Assembly (NCBI GenBank): GCA_016187335.1
Contig: JACPJW010000001.1
Location: 671,159 to 735,158 of the forward strand
Direction: 5' to 3'
Origin: Candidatus Aenigmatarchaeota archaeon
GTDB lineage: Archaea; Aenigmatarchaeota; Aenigmatarchaeia; GW2011-AR5
Length of the DNA stretch: 64,000 nt
The notes under the pieces were generated by a model that did no database searches, was not told the origin of the DNA, and saw only the letters and a list, made by a program, of their open reading frames with translations. Made by a program: the position numbers and the translations under genes. How positions within the stretch are numbered: the stretch's first letter is position 1; each line of letters begins with the position of its first letter. Shown in pieces: positions 53,482 through 62,092 of the stretch.

Positions 53482-53844
53482 TTATTTTTTCAGTTTCCTG
53501 TACATTTCTTCCACGTTCCTGCGGCAAACATAGTCATGGTGGCGGAATCCGCCGCCCATTGATTTCGGTATGTGCATCAGTTCGTGTATTATGGTTTTTG
53601 CCTTCTCTTCTTCACTGAGCCTGTCAAATTTTTCTGAGATAACCTCGATGACATAATGCGCTTTCACGCCCAGTGCTTTTTGCAGCACGCGCGACAGGGC
53701 GTGGCAGCGCGCCAGCGTATGCCTGCTTTTGGAGCCTGTGCTGCGCATGAAGACAACGCGTGAGAAGTCATGCCTGAAGCTGAGCGCTGCTGATATTTCC
53801 TTTGCTTTTCTCTCCAGCTCGGGGTCGGGAAAATATTTTATCAT
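53482..53844 (-). CDS. Putative zinc metallopeptidase (SprT/DUF45-like, HExxH)
   Basis: IIHELMHIPKSMGGGFRHHD. Start moved to the ATG at 53844, because the upstream 60 nt of the tracked ORF consist of the hairpin repeat. Confidence 0.5.
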   Translation of the reverse strand: MIKYFPDPELERKAKEISAALSFRHDFSRVVFMRSTGSKSRHTLARCHALSRVLQKALGVKAHYVIEVISEKFDRLSEEEKAKTIIHELMHIPKSMGGGFRHHDYVCRRNVEEMYRKLKK

Positions 53845-53880
53845 GGCACCACTTTCTATCAACACTAGCCTCTTTTGTTT

Positions 53881-53923
53881 TTGATCAAACTTTCTTTTGA
53901 TCAAACTTTTCAGAAAAGTTTGA
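53881..53923. repeat. Tandem TTGATCAAACTTT units ending in a perfect hairpin of the family
   Basis: TTGATCAAACTTTCTTTTGATCAAACTTTTCAGAAAAGTTTGA. Confidence 0.55.
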
Positions 53924-53947
53924 AAGTTTCTTGGAGCAGCAAAGTTT

Positions 53948-54631
53948 CTATCTTATCCTCGTCCCTGCAAAATCCTTCCCTTCAAGGCAGTTTTCCAGGT
54001 TCTTCATCTTCTTTCCGTTAATAATGACCACTTCCATCCCGAGCTTTTCCGCTTTTCTTGCCGCGTTAGGGTCCAGGGGCGCGTTCATGCCGGGTTCCCA
54101 CCATTTTGGCAGCAGATTCCTGAATTCATTCCATGTCAGATTCTTCATCGGCTTTGCGCCCCTGAATTTTCTCGGGTCTTTGTCGTAAACGTAATCCACG
54201 TCTGTCATGTTGACGAGTTTCTTTATGCCAAGATTTTCAGCAAGCAGCACGGCATCGGAATCCGTGCTGAAGCCCGGCTTCCATCCCGCGGCTATAAGGA
54301 TTTTCTCTTTGAAAATTATCTTTTCCTTGGGGTTCTTCACTATCTTGGGATGCGCATGGCCGCGGAATACTGTCCTGAGAAGATGTGCGTTCAGCCTCGT
54401 GCTGTGGATGCCGAGCCAGTCCAGGTCTTCTTTTGCCGTGTCAACGGCTGATTTTGATGCTTCCTGGTATTTCCTCGCGGTTCTTCCGCCGCCGCACATG
54501 ATGGCAAACCGCCTGCCTTTCCTTGTCTGCTTCAGAATCAGGCTCCTGAAATTTTTCAAAAAGCCGGTGTCAATTTCATCCGGTACGATTAATGAGCCGC
54601 CGACGGAAACAATTATAAGGTTATTATCCAT
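53948..54631 (-). CDS. pyrH: UMP kinase (archaeal type)
   Basis: Amino-acid-kinase fold motifs IIVSVGGSLI, MCGGGRTAR; about 225 aa. Confidence 0.8.
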   Translation of the reverse strand: MDNNLIIVSVGGSLIVPDEIDTGFLKNFRSLILKQTRKGRRFAIMCGGGRTARKYQEASKSAVDTAKEDLDWLGIHSTRLNAHLLRTVFRGHAHPKIVKNPKEKIIFKEKILIAAGWKPGFSTDSDAVLLAENLGIKKLVNMTDVDYVYDKDPRKFRGAKPMKNLTWNEFRNLLPKWWEPGMNAPLDPNAARKAEKLGMEVVIINGKKMKNLENCLEGKDFAGTRIR

Positions 54632-54670
54632 GTGAATCTGATGCCTGCGATGTTTAATAAAATTATCTGA

Positions 54671-54982
54671 TTAATCAGGCTTCCCGGCCTTTGATTCTTT
54701 CTTAGCTTCTGCGCGCAGCTTCGGAACGCTGATCTTAAAAGAACATTTTTCGCACTTCACAAAGAAAGGGCGCTTCCATTCCGTTTCTGAATAGCCATAG
54801 AAGCCGCATTCCGGGCATACGTATTCTGCTCTTGCTTTGCCGTCGCTCTTTGGCACCAGCACCCTTATCTTGCCTGTCGGCTCTTTCCTGCTGTTTTTTG
54901 CCGTCCTGTTCGTATGATACAGGCAGTCCTTGGGCAGGATATTGTTCTTTGCGATGTATTCCTCTATTTTCTTGAGTTCCAT
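54671..54982 (-). CDS. Zinc-ribbon protein
   Basis: CPECG...CEKCS four-Cys ribbon; family not recognised. Confidence 0.35.
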   Translation of the reverse strand: MELKKIEEYIAKNNILPKDCLYHTNRTAKNSRKEPTGKIRVLVPKSDGKARAEYVCPECGFYGYSETEWKRPFFVKCEKCSFKISVPKLRAEAKKESKAGKPD

Positions 54983-55070
54983 TAAGAATCACCCCAAAGC
55001 GGGAAAAGCCAGATTGATTTATCTTGAACTTATGTTATATTTATACATTTTGCAAAACGGAATTTTTTTT

Positions 55071-55892
55071 CTACAGCTTCACCGATGCCGCGAAGAAAGC
55101 CAGAAGCGCTATGTTCATTGCAACCTTGCATATCTTCGCGCTGTACCTTGCGGGAGCCACGGTAGCAGCGATAAAGGCGATGTCGGCAATTACAACGAAG
55201 AACAGGTAGACTTGGTTGAACAGCCCGAGCAGATAAGGAACGAAGCTGAACAGCACCGCGAGAACGATAAAAGCGCTTGCTATCATTTTTGCCTTCAGAA
55301 CGCCGTACTTGATGGGCAATGTATTTGCGCCGTACTTGTGGTCGCCCAGGACGTCCTCAATGCTCTTGTAGATTTCCCTGCCCATGTTCGCGAGGAACGC
55401 CAGGAAAGCAAGGAGCAACGGGATGAAATAGCTGCCTACGGCAAGCCCGCCGTAGACAAAGCTCAGGCCCACGAGCGCGCTGACCGCTATGTTTCCGGCA
55501 AGAACCATTTTCTTCAGCTTCATTGCGTATGCAAAAAGCATGGCGGAGACGAAAACAGCCGTGGCAAAAGCGTAAAGATTAATGAAATACGACATTGAGA
55601 TGCCGAGCAGGAAAAGAACGATGGAATATGTCTTTGCCGTTTTTGGTGCTATTTTCCCGGAAGGCAGGGGCCTCTCCGGCTTGTTTATCTTGTCAATCTC
55701 AATATCATAATAATCATTGATAACCATGCCCGCACCCGATATCAGGAAAGCGGAAATCATAGCAAGGATTACAGCATTGCCGGGCACAAGCGCGGCTCCC
55801 GCGACTATGGAGCCTATCCACACGGCCACCGAGGTCATAAGGCCGTTGAGCGGCCGGAGAATCTGCATGTAAGGAAGCATTATTAACTTCAC
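55071..55892 (-). CDS. UbiA-family prenyltransferase, probable digeranylgeranylglyceryl phosphate synthase
   Basis: NDYYDIEIDKINKPERPLPSG Asp-rich motif; about 9 TM helices. Confidence 0.8.
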   Translation of the reverse strand: MKLIMLPYMQILRPLNGLMTSVAVWIGSIVAGAALVPGNAVILAMISAFLISGAGMVINDYYDIEIDKINKPERPLPSGKIAPKTAKTYSIVLFLLGISMSYFINLYAFATAVFVSAMLFAYAMKLKKMVLAGNIAVSALVGLSFVYGGLAVGSYFIPLLLAFLAFLANMGREIYKSIEDVLGDHKYGANTLPIKYGVLKAKMIASAFIVLAVLFSFVPYLLGLFNQVYLFFVVIADIAFIAATVAPARYSAKICKVAMNIALLAFFAASVKL

Positions 55893-55931
55893 GCAGCGGA
55901 TTTTTTAAAGGTTGTATGTTTATCCATACTG

Positions 55932-56387
55932 ATGAAAAAAACCGTTGTCGTATGCTCAGGCAATATGAACAGGAGCCCGGCAGTGGAAGCTTACGTGAAA
56001 CATTTCGCACGGGAGAAAGGAATAAATATAGAAATACGGTCAGCAGGAATAGAAGACCCGAATGACGGGCTTGCTTTTTATGGAATGCCTTCTACGAGGA
56101 GTCGCGCAGGGAAATATCTTCTGGAAAGAGGAATATCAGAAATAGAAGAGCACGTGTCGAGGTTTCTTACGCCTGAAATGGTTGAATGGGCGGACATTTT
56201 GCTTGCAGTTGATAGAAATACAGAAGCGAGAATTTTGTCAGTTTATCCACAAGCAAGGCCAAAAGTTACGAGAATAAGCCAGTGTTTGAAAGGAAAATAT
56301 CCGGATATGGGTGAAAGGTTGGAATATTGGAAAGAACATATAGAACCCATGTCAAGAGAGTTGTTTGAACTGTTAGCCGGTAATTGA
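55932..56387 (+). CDS. Low-molecular-weight protein-tyrosine phosphatase / ArsC-like
   Basis: P-loop VVCSGNMNRSP (C-x5-R-S). Confidence 0.75.
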   Translation: MKKTVVVCSGNMNRSPAVEAYVKHFAREKGINIEIRSAGIEDPNDGLAFYGMPSTRSRAGKYLLERGISEIEEHVSRFLTPEMVEWADILLAVDRNTEARILSVYPQARPKVTRISQCLKGKYPDMGERLEYWKEHIEPMSRELFELLAGN

Positions 56388-56388
56388 A

Positions 56389-56574
56389 TCACGCCTTCGC
56401 TCCTCTTCTTTCCTTCGCCTTCAGCCGCAGGTTCTTGGAGCCGCATTTCCGGCATTTGGCTTTCTTCCTCTTGACCTTGTCCAGTGTCGTGCGCAGCTTC
56501 GCGTTGCAGCGCATGCACACGTAAACGTTCTCGTAAAGCCTTTTTGCCACGATTTCTGGTAACTTTTTTGCCAT
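56389..56574 (-). CDS. rpl40e: 50S ribosomal protein L40e
   Basis: VCMRCNAK...KCRKCGSKNLRLKK zinc ribbon; 61 aa, basic. Confidence 0.85.
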   Translation of the reverse strand: MAKKLPEIVAKRLYENVYVCMRCNAKLRTTLDKVKRKKAKCRKCGSKNLRLKAKERRGAKA

Positions 56575-56583
56575 GATGAAGAC

Positions 56584-56772
56584 CTAATTTTCAGAATATA
56601 CTGAGCGTTGAACATAATACAACCCAGAAGAATGTTGGTCGCTGATAATAAGTTCCCCCATCATTCTGAGTTTGTATCTGCCTACAATAAAAGGTTCTTC
56701 TACTTTAACGGGAATTTGGAAGGGCTTTTTAGAGGGTTTGGAATTCAGTATTGCAGTTTCAAAAACGTTCAT
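56584..56772 (-). CDS. Hypothetical 62-aa protein
   Basis: ORF only, packed between htpX and rpl40e. Confidence 0.3.
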   Translation of the reverse strand: MNVFETAILNSKPSKKPFQIPVKVEEPFIVGRYKLRMMGELIISDQHSSGLYYVQRSVYSEN

Positions 56773-56774
56773 CC

Positions 56775-57599
56775 TTAAGCCATTTCCTTCAGTCTTTTTA
56801 TCCTTAATTCAACGGGCGGGTGCGTGCTGAACAGCGAAGCGACGCCGCCTGCTGAGAACGGGTTTATTATGAACATGTGCGCTGTCGCCTCGTTCCCGCC
56901 GCGCATCGGCTTCTCTTCCGCGGCTTTCGATATCTTGCCCAGGGCGGCTGCCAGTGATAATGGGTTTGATATCGCTCCTCCGGTTCTGTCCGCGGCGTAT
57001 TCCCTGCTGCGCGAAATTGCCATCTGTATGAGCATCGCTGCAAGCGGCGCAACGATGAAAAGGAGCAGGTAGCTGAAAATATTCCTGTTTTCCCTGTCGC
57101 CGAAAAAGAACAAATGCCCTATCCACGTGATTGCGCCCGCCATTGTAGCCGCCATGGCCTGCGTGAGCGTGTCCCTGTTTTTGATGTGGGCTATTTCGTG
57201 CGCAATCACTCCTTCTATCTCGTCGTCGTCCAGTTTCTCAACGAGCCCTTTGGTCACGGCAACGACGCCCTTGCTTGGCGAGCGTCCTGTTGCAAAGGCA
57301 TTAGGCGTTTCCGTATCAAGGTAGTAAAGGCGCGGCTTCGGTACGCCTGCTTTTTCGGCAAGCCGCTCCGTCATCCTCTCTATGTTCCTGTGTTTTTTCG
57401 TGTCCAGCGGCTTTGCCTTGTATATCCACAGCACAAAGCGGTCGGAATACCAGTAAGCGAGGAAATTCATGATTCCTGCGAAAGCCAGGCCAAAAAGCAT
57501 CCCGCCCGTCCCGCCGAAATAGTAGCCTATAGCCAGGAATAGAGCGGTCAGGAAAGCCATCAGCGTGAATGTTTTAAGCCATGACATAAAAATCATCAA
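56775..57599 (-). CDS. htpX: HtpX-family M48 membrane zinc protease
   Basis: HEIAHIKNRD and a downstream EYAAD Glu ligand; TM topology fits HtpX. Confidence 0.85.
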   Translation of the reverse strand: MMIFMSWLKTFTLMAFLTALFLAIGYYFGGTGGMLFGLAFAGIMNFLAYWYSDRFVLWIYKAKPLDTKKHRNIERMTERLAEKAGVPKPRLYYLDTETPNAFATGRSPSKGVVAVTKGLVEKLDDDEIEGVIAHEIAHIKNRDTLTQAMAATMAGAITWIGHLFFFGDRENRNIFSYLLLFIVAPLAAMLIQMAISRSREYAADRTGGAISNPLSLAAALGKISKAAEEKPMRGGNEATAHMFIINPFSAGGVASLFSTHPPVELRIKRLKEMA

Positions 57600-57604
57600 C
57601 GATC

Positions 57605-57633
57605 CTTTTGATCAGACTTTTGGGAAAGGTTTG
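57605..57633. repeat. Degenerate member of the hairpin family
   Basis: CTTTTGATCAGACTTTTGGGAAAGGTTTG shares the TTTTGATCA(A/G)ACTTTT flank with copies at 45343-45371 and 53896-53923. Confidence 0.45.
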
Positions 57634-57664
57634 TCACCGAGGCAAAAACGGAACGAAATGTTCA

Positions 57665-58255
57665 TTATCTTTTGGGTTTAGCCAGTCTGTTCCGCCTTGA
57701 TAAATTTCTTGTCAAAATCTTGCCGTACTTTTCCGTCCATGATATTTTTCCGGCACGATACTTCTTACCATAATGATTATTTAAGATTTTTAAAATGACG
57801 CCGGCTGTTTTTTCCGCACCTGCTGAAGACGTGTCTATTTCGTAGACGTTTTCGTTTTTCTGCAGGGCTTCTATTGTTGTTCCGTCAAGCATCTCCGCCT
57901 CAATGTTTTCCCTTATTTTGGCAGCAGGCCACCCCCTTTTTTTCAGCCTTTTCTCAAGGGCGTCGGGGTTTGCGCGCAGGACAAAAACGGAACCGGACTT
58001 TATCAGGTGAGCAAGGTGGCTTTCAACGATGTTTATCTTGTCCCCGCTGATGTTTTTCTTCACGGCCTTCTCAAGGTCCTTTTCGTCTATCACCTTCGTT
58101 CTTCTTTTTTTGTCGTAGCCGTAGCCGAGCTGTTTTTTCCTCAGAAGCAGCGGGACAGTTATCAGGTTCGCATCAAGCCTTTTTGCCAGTATTTTCGCTA
58201 CTTCGGTCTTGCCCGTTCCCGGCGTTCCTGATATCGCTATGATTGCTGGTTTCAT
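57665..58255 (-). CDS. Putative adenylate kinase (AK6/Fap7-like P-loop NTPase)
   Basis: IIAISGTPGTGKTEVAK Walker A; about 190 aa. Confidence 0.65.
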   Translation of the reverse strand: MKPAIIAISGTPGTGKTEVAKILAKRLDANLITVPLLLRKKQLGYGYDKKRRTKVIDEKDLEKAVKKNISGDKINIVESHLAHLIKSGSVFVLRANPDALEKRLKKRGWPAAKIRENIEAEMLDGTTIEALQKNENVYEIDTSSAGAEKTAGVILKILNNHYGKKYRAGKISWTEKYGKILTRNLSRRNRLAKPKR

Positions 58256-58334
58256 GGATTAGATTCTGTACCAAGGCTTTAAACAAGCAGAAAAGAAATC
58301 CAACCGCTTTAAAAAATTAACCGGGATAGTTTGT

Positions 58335-59297
58335 TTGGTTGTCATGCTCGAGGAAATATGGACGGAAAAATACAGGCCCAGGCTGCTGAAAGACGTTGTG
58401 GGGCAGGAAGAAATAACCAAAAGGCTTGAGTCTTTCGTAAAAAACCGCACGCTGCCGCACTGCCTTTTCGCGGGCCCTGCCGGCGTGGGAAAAACAACGT
58501 GCGCCCTGGCGATAGCCCATGAATTATTCGGCCAGAACTGGAGAAGCAATTTCCTTGAGCTCAACGCGTCGGATGAAAGGGGCATAGACACCGTGCGCGT
58601 GAAGATAAAGGACTTCGCGCGGACAATGCCTCTGGCCGGAATGTTCAAGATAGTGTATCTGGACGAGGCAGACTCGCTGACAAAGGACGCGCAGCATGCC
58701 CTGCGCAGGACCATGGAGAACTATTCAGCGGCATGCAGGTTCATCCTGGCTTGCAACTATTCCTCGCGAATCATACTGCCGATACAGTCCCGCACTGCTG
58801 TGTTCCGGTTCTCGCCACTGAGGCAGGAGGATATCGCCGGCTTTCTAAAAGGAATCGCCTCAGCCGAAGGCCTTGCCGTAGACGAAGCGGCTTACCGTTC
58901 CATGGTTTATTTATCGGAAGGCGATATGCGCCGCGCCGTGAACATCCTGCAGACAGCTGCGACAATGGACGGCAGCATCACCGAAGAAGTTGTCTATGCC
59001 GTGACGAACAGGGCGGACCCGAAGGAAGTTCTGACGATGCTTGAAAAATCCCTGGCCGGGGATTTCAAGGCCTCAAGAAACCAGCTGCTGAAACTGCTTT
59101 ATGAAAGGGGGCTTGCAGGCGAGGACATTATAAAAGAGATATACTCGCAGACGTTCTCGCTGAACATTGAGGATGAAAAGAAGCTGGCAATCATAGAAAA
59201 GATAGGCGAATATGAGTTCCGCCTGACGGAAGGCAGCAACCCGCAAATCCAGCTGGAAGCCCTGCTTGCGCAGATAACGCTCGTGGGGAAGAAATAA
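58335..59297 (+). CDS. rfcS: Replication factor C small subunit
   Basis: WTEKYRPRLLKDVVGQEE, GPAGVGKTT, DEADSLT, SRC-box-like ILACN...IQSR. Confidence 0.9.
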   Translation: MVVMLEEIWTEKYRPRLLKDVVGQEEITKRLESFVKNRTLPHCLFAGPAGVGKTTCALAIAHELFGQNWRSNFLELNASDERGIDTVRVKIKDFARTMPLAGMFKIVYLDEADSLTKDAQHALRRTMENYSAACRFILACNYSSRIILPIQSRTAVFRFSPLRQEDIAGFLKGIASAEGLAVDEAAYRSMVYLSEGDMRRAVNILQTAATMDGSITEEVVYAVTNRADPKEVLTMLEKSLAGDFKASRNQLLKLLYERGLAGEDIIKEIYSQTFSLNIEDEKKLAIIEKIGEYEFRLTEGSNPQIQLEALLAQITLVGKK

Positions 59298-59495
59298 CTA
59301 ATGCGTGTATATTCCTGTCGGATAAACTCTGGATGCCCAATAGGAAAGATATTCCTTGTCTTTTTCGGAAAATGTAAAAGTTTTGAATAGTCTCTCTAGT
59401 TCTTTGCGGACTTCTTGACGCGTTCCCGAAAGGTATGTCTCAAAAGGCCTTTTTTGCCGGCGATTGAAAAGCTGCATGAAGTTTGTCATTCTCAT
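59298..59495 (-). CDS. Hypothetical 65-aa protein
   Basis: Start overlaps the stop of the upstream repeat protein by 4 nt. Confidence 0.3.
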   Translation of the reverse strand: MRMTNFMQLFNRRQKRPFETYLSGTRQEVRKELERLFKTFTFSEKDKEYLSYWASRVYPTGIYTH

Positions 59496-60946
59496 CCCGT
59501 CGGCATCTCCTCTTCATGTGACCGCTCCTGAACCACAGTCACAGGCTGCTTTCTTCGTATTTCGTTGAGCGCGGCTTTTATCGTTTCCAGGTGCTCCCTG
59601 ATGTCGTCAAGCCTTTTCACGCTGCTTTCCATCAGGGACATGTTCTCCTCAACAGACTGGAGCATGCTGCCGTGCCTGTCCAGTATGTCGTCGTAGCTTT
59701 TCACGTGGTTCTCGAAGACAAGCATGTTCTGCTCCATCACCTTCAGGATATTGTACAATTTCTCCAGCGATTCGTCAACGCCTCTGGCGCGGTTTTCAAG
59801 CGCAAGGACGGTTTTTTCCGCGGATTTCATGCCGGCCTTCATTGAAGGCAGTTCGCCGGATATTTCATTGAGCTTTCTGGAAAGCTTCTGCTGCTCCTCG
59901 GCTATTCTTGGATAGCTTGCTTCAATAGTCTCAATATTTCCCACTGATGACGATAATTGGCTCAAAGAAGATTTCATTTCTTCAATGTCATTCTGCATCC
60001 TTGCAGTGATGTTGTCGTTCGCCTTTGCGTAGTCCTCAAGAAGCGCTGCATTCCGCTCAGCGGCTTTTAATGAAGCTTCCAGCGACCTTGCGGATTCTGA
60101 GAATTCCGAGACTTCTCTGGACACCTTGTCAAGCCTTTCCTCGCTTATCCTGGCGTAATTGTTCAGCAGCGTTATGTTCTGCTCCGCTGCTTTTATGGCA
60201 GCCTCGCTTGATCTTGCCATTGATTCCACGTCGCTGATCCTGCCGCTGATTTTCGTCATCTTTTCGTCGTTTGCCTTGACAAAGTTTTCCGCAATAATCA
60301 TGCCCTGCTCCGCGCCTTTCAGGGACGCTTTAAGGGACTGCAAAGACTCGGACAGGTCATCAGCGCTTTTTTCCAGGAACGTTATTTTCTGGTCGCTGTT
60401 TTTTATGAAGTTCTCCGCAAGAATGAAGCTCTGCTCAAAGGACTTCTGGCGGGCTTCAAATGACTTCAGTTCGTTTTCCAGGTTGTCTGTTTTTTCCAGG
60501 GTCTTGGACATCTTCTCGTCGTTTGATCTCACAAAATTTTCAGTTAAGATGATGCCCTGCTCCGCTGCTCTTTGCGACGCGGTCAGCGACTTGAGGGAAG
60601 AATCTATGCTGCTCACGTGATTTGTCAGGCTGTCCAGCTTCTTGTCATGCTCCTTCGCAAAATTGTCCAGAAGCAGCAGGTTCTGCTCCGCCGCCTTTAT
60701 TTTCTGGAACACATACCTTATATCCAGGGTGCCTCTGCTCATTATCCGCTGCTCTATCTGGTGAGGAAGCAATTCTCCCTCCAGCCTTGCGTACAGCCCG
60801 GTCCTCATGGCTTCGGCGGCAGTCCTGTTCACAGTGGTCTGGCTGACGCGGTTCGCTTCCGCTATGAGCTTCACCGGCTCGCCGCGGACGTGAGCCCTTA
60901 CAATGGCTTCCTTCTGTATTTCAGTAAGAGCGCGACCTTTTGCCAT
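59492..60946 (-). CDS. HTH-domain protein with about 8 tandem 42-aa coiled-coil repeats
   Basis: N-terminal LIAEANRVSQTTVNRTAAEAM (HTH-like), then repeats of the form AAEQ-hhhh-ENF-x-K-x-NDEK...L-x-A-x-LK. Confidence 0.5.
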   Translation of the reverse strand: MAKGRALTEIQKEAIVRAHVRGEPVKLIAEANRVSQTTVNRTAAEAMRTGLYARLEGELLPHQIEQRIMSRGTLDIRYVFQKIKAAEQNLLLLDNFAKEHDKKLDSLTNHVSSIDSSLKSLTASQRAAEQGIILTENFVRSNDEKMSKTLEKTDNLENELKSFEARQKSFEQSFILAENFIKNSDQKITFLEKSADDLSESLQSLKASLKGAEQGMIIAENFVKANDEKMTKISGRISDVESMARSSEAAIKAAEQNITLLNNYARISEERLDKVSREVSEFSESARSLEASLKAAERNAALLEDYAKANDNITARMQNDIEEMKSSLSQLSSSVGNIETIEASYPRIAEEQQKLSRKLNEISGELPSMKAGMKSAEKTVLALENRARGVDESLEKLYNILKVMEQNMLVFENHVKSYDDILDRHGSMLQSVEENMSLMESSVKRLDDIREHLETIKAALNEIRRKQPVTVVQERSHEEEMPTG

Positions 60947-61080
60947 GTTTATCTAATTTTCATTAAGCCAGAAATAATTTATAGCCAGTCAGCCCGGGCA
61001 TCGCAGAACGGAACAATCACAGGGGAATTACAGCAATCAAGCATCATAGGGATTTAAGGATTAACATTATTTCTTTAGTT

Positions 61081-61449
61081 ATGGCGCAAGCGCAACCTGC
61101 ACCAGAGTATGATTGGGAATACTGGGAAAAAATAGGGATTGGTACTTATCAACAGCTAAAAGATCATAATGTAGCCGTAGGTTTCAGACCGAAAAAAATA
61201 GAACAGAAAGAAAGATCGTTAGGCAGTGATATCTTGCAGCACTATCCTAAAGATGGACAGGCAAGATTTTATGCACAATACAGATTCTTAGTGGGGGTTG
61301 AGAAAGCTGTTGATCCGGAGGATTCTAGAACTCTAGAATATGTTGCCTGGAGGTTTGGAGAACTAGTGCCTAATATACCGCAAACACAATTTCCTCTAGT
61401 TGAACCTCATCATCACAAATTTACCCGATCTCCACAACCTTCTCCCTAG
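61081..61449 (+). CDS. Hypothetical protein
   Basis: ORF only. Confidence 0.3.
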   Translation: MAQAQPAPEYDWEYWEKIGIGTYQQLKDHNVAVGFRPKKIEQKERSLGSDILQHYPKDGQARFYAQYRFLVGVEKAVDPEDSRTLEYVAWRFGELVPNIPQTQFPLVEPHHHKFTRSPQPSP

Positions 61450-61639
61450 ACTTGTGGCCGCTTAAAATGCTCACGGAACTTTTCTTCACGCCGAAATGCT
61501 CTGCTATCGCTTCTACTAGCGCTTTGTTTGCCCTGCCTTCCGTTGCCGGAGCCTTGACGTAAACCCTGTATATTCCTGCTTCTTCCAGAACAGCGTTTTT
61601 CTTTGCGTTGGGAATTACCTTTACGTTTATGGTTTTCAT
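61421..61639 (-). CDS. DUF167 (YggU-like) protein
   Basis: INVKVIPNAKKN...VYVKAPATEGRANKALVEAIAEHFGVKKSSVSILSGHKSREK is the DUF167 signature. Confidence 0.65.
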   Translation of the reverse strand: MKTINVKVIPNAKKNAVLEEAGIYRVYVKAPATEGRANKALVEAIAEHFGVKKSSVSILSGHKSREKVVEIG

Positions 61640-61650
61640 GAAATAACCTT

Positions 61651-62092
61651 AAGATGCCGAAGGCGGGAATAAGTAATCTGTTCAATGCCGGAATTGAGCC
61701 TCGGATGACCGGCAGAGATGCTCAAGCCACCGGAGGGTTCCGGAAATTTTCTTACATGTGGTGGCCGAGCAGTTACCTGCGAGTGGTTAAGACCTTCGAG
61801 TGCCTGGAACTAGCCCAGCGATTCGGAGCGTTCCGGAAATTTCCCTCGATGTCAAGGAGAGCTTCTCACCGAACAGGTACTCTTCGTCCCCTGACGAGCC
61901 AGTGTGCGCGGTGCAGGCCTGATGCTCGGGGTTTTGAGAGAACTGTCTGACCACAAGCGGTCTGCCAGGGCTGGAAAGAACCGCTTACCATTCGAGATAA
62001 CTTGTTATCAAGCGCTGTGCGGCGTCCTGCGACCCCAGCGCGCGCCATGCCCGAACTCGGAGCGTTTGTTCGTTTTATACTAGTGGCATCTT
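61651..62092 (+). ncRNA. Large structured RNA, possibly RNase P RNA (strand and identity tentative)
   Basis: About 440 nt, GC-rich, no credible ORF. Terminal 8-bp helix AAGATGCC/GGCATCTT, many internal WC helices, and G-U pairs only when read on the plus strand. GGGAAUAAGU (61665-61674) resembles CR-I and AAAGAACCGCUUAC (61975-61988) resembles CR-V; UAAGU/GCUUA could form P4. Confidence 0.4.

Noticed and set aside
58259-58714. 151-aa minus-strand ORF overlapping the 5' half of rfcS
   Set aside because: It is antisense to a clear RFC small subunit gene (Walker A/B and RFC boxes) and has no motifs of its own.
61651-62092. Alternative identities for the structured RNA: SRP (7S) RNA, or a multi-intron tRNA-Ser (GTGGCCGAG...TGGTTAAG resembles a class II D arm)
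   Set aside because: SRP: about 130 nt too long, and I could not find the helix-8 GNAR loop plus AGCA motif. tRNA-Ser: no T arm (GGTTCGAAT-like) or matching acceptor halves could be found on either strand. Neither can be fully excluded without covariance-model searches.
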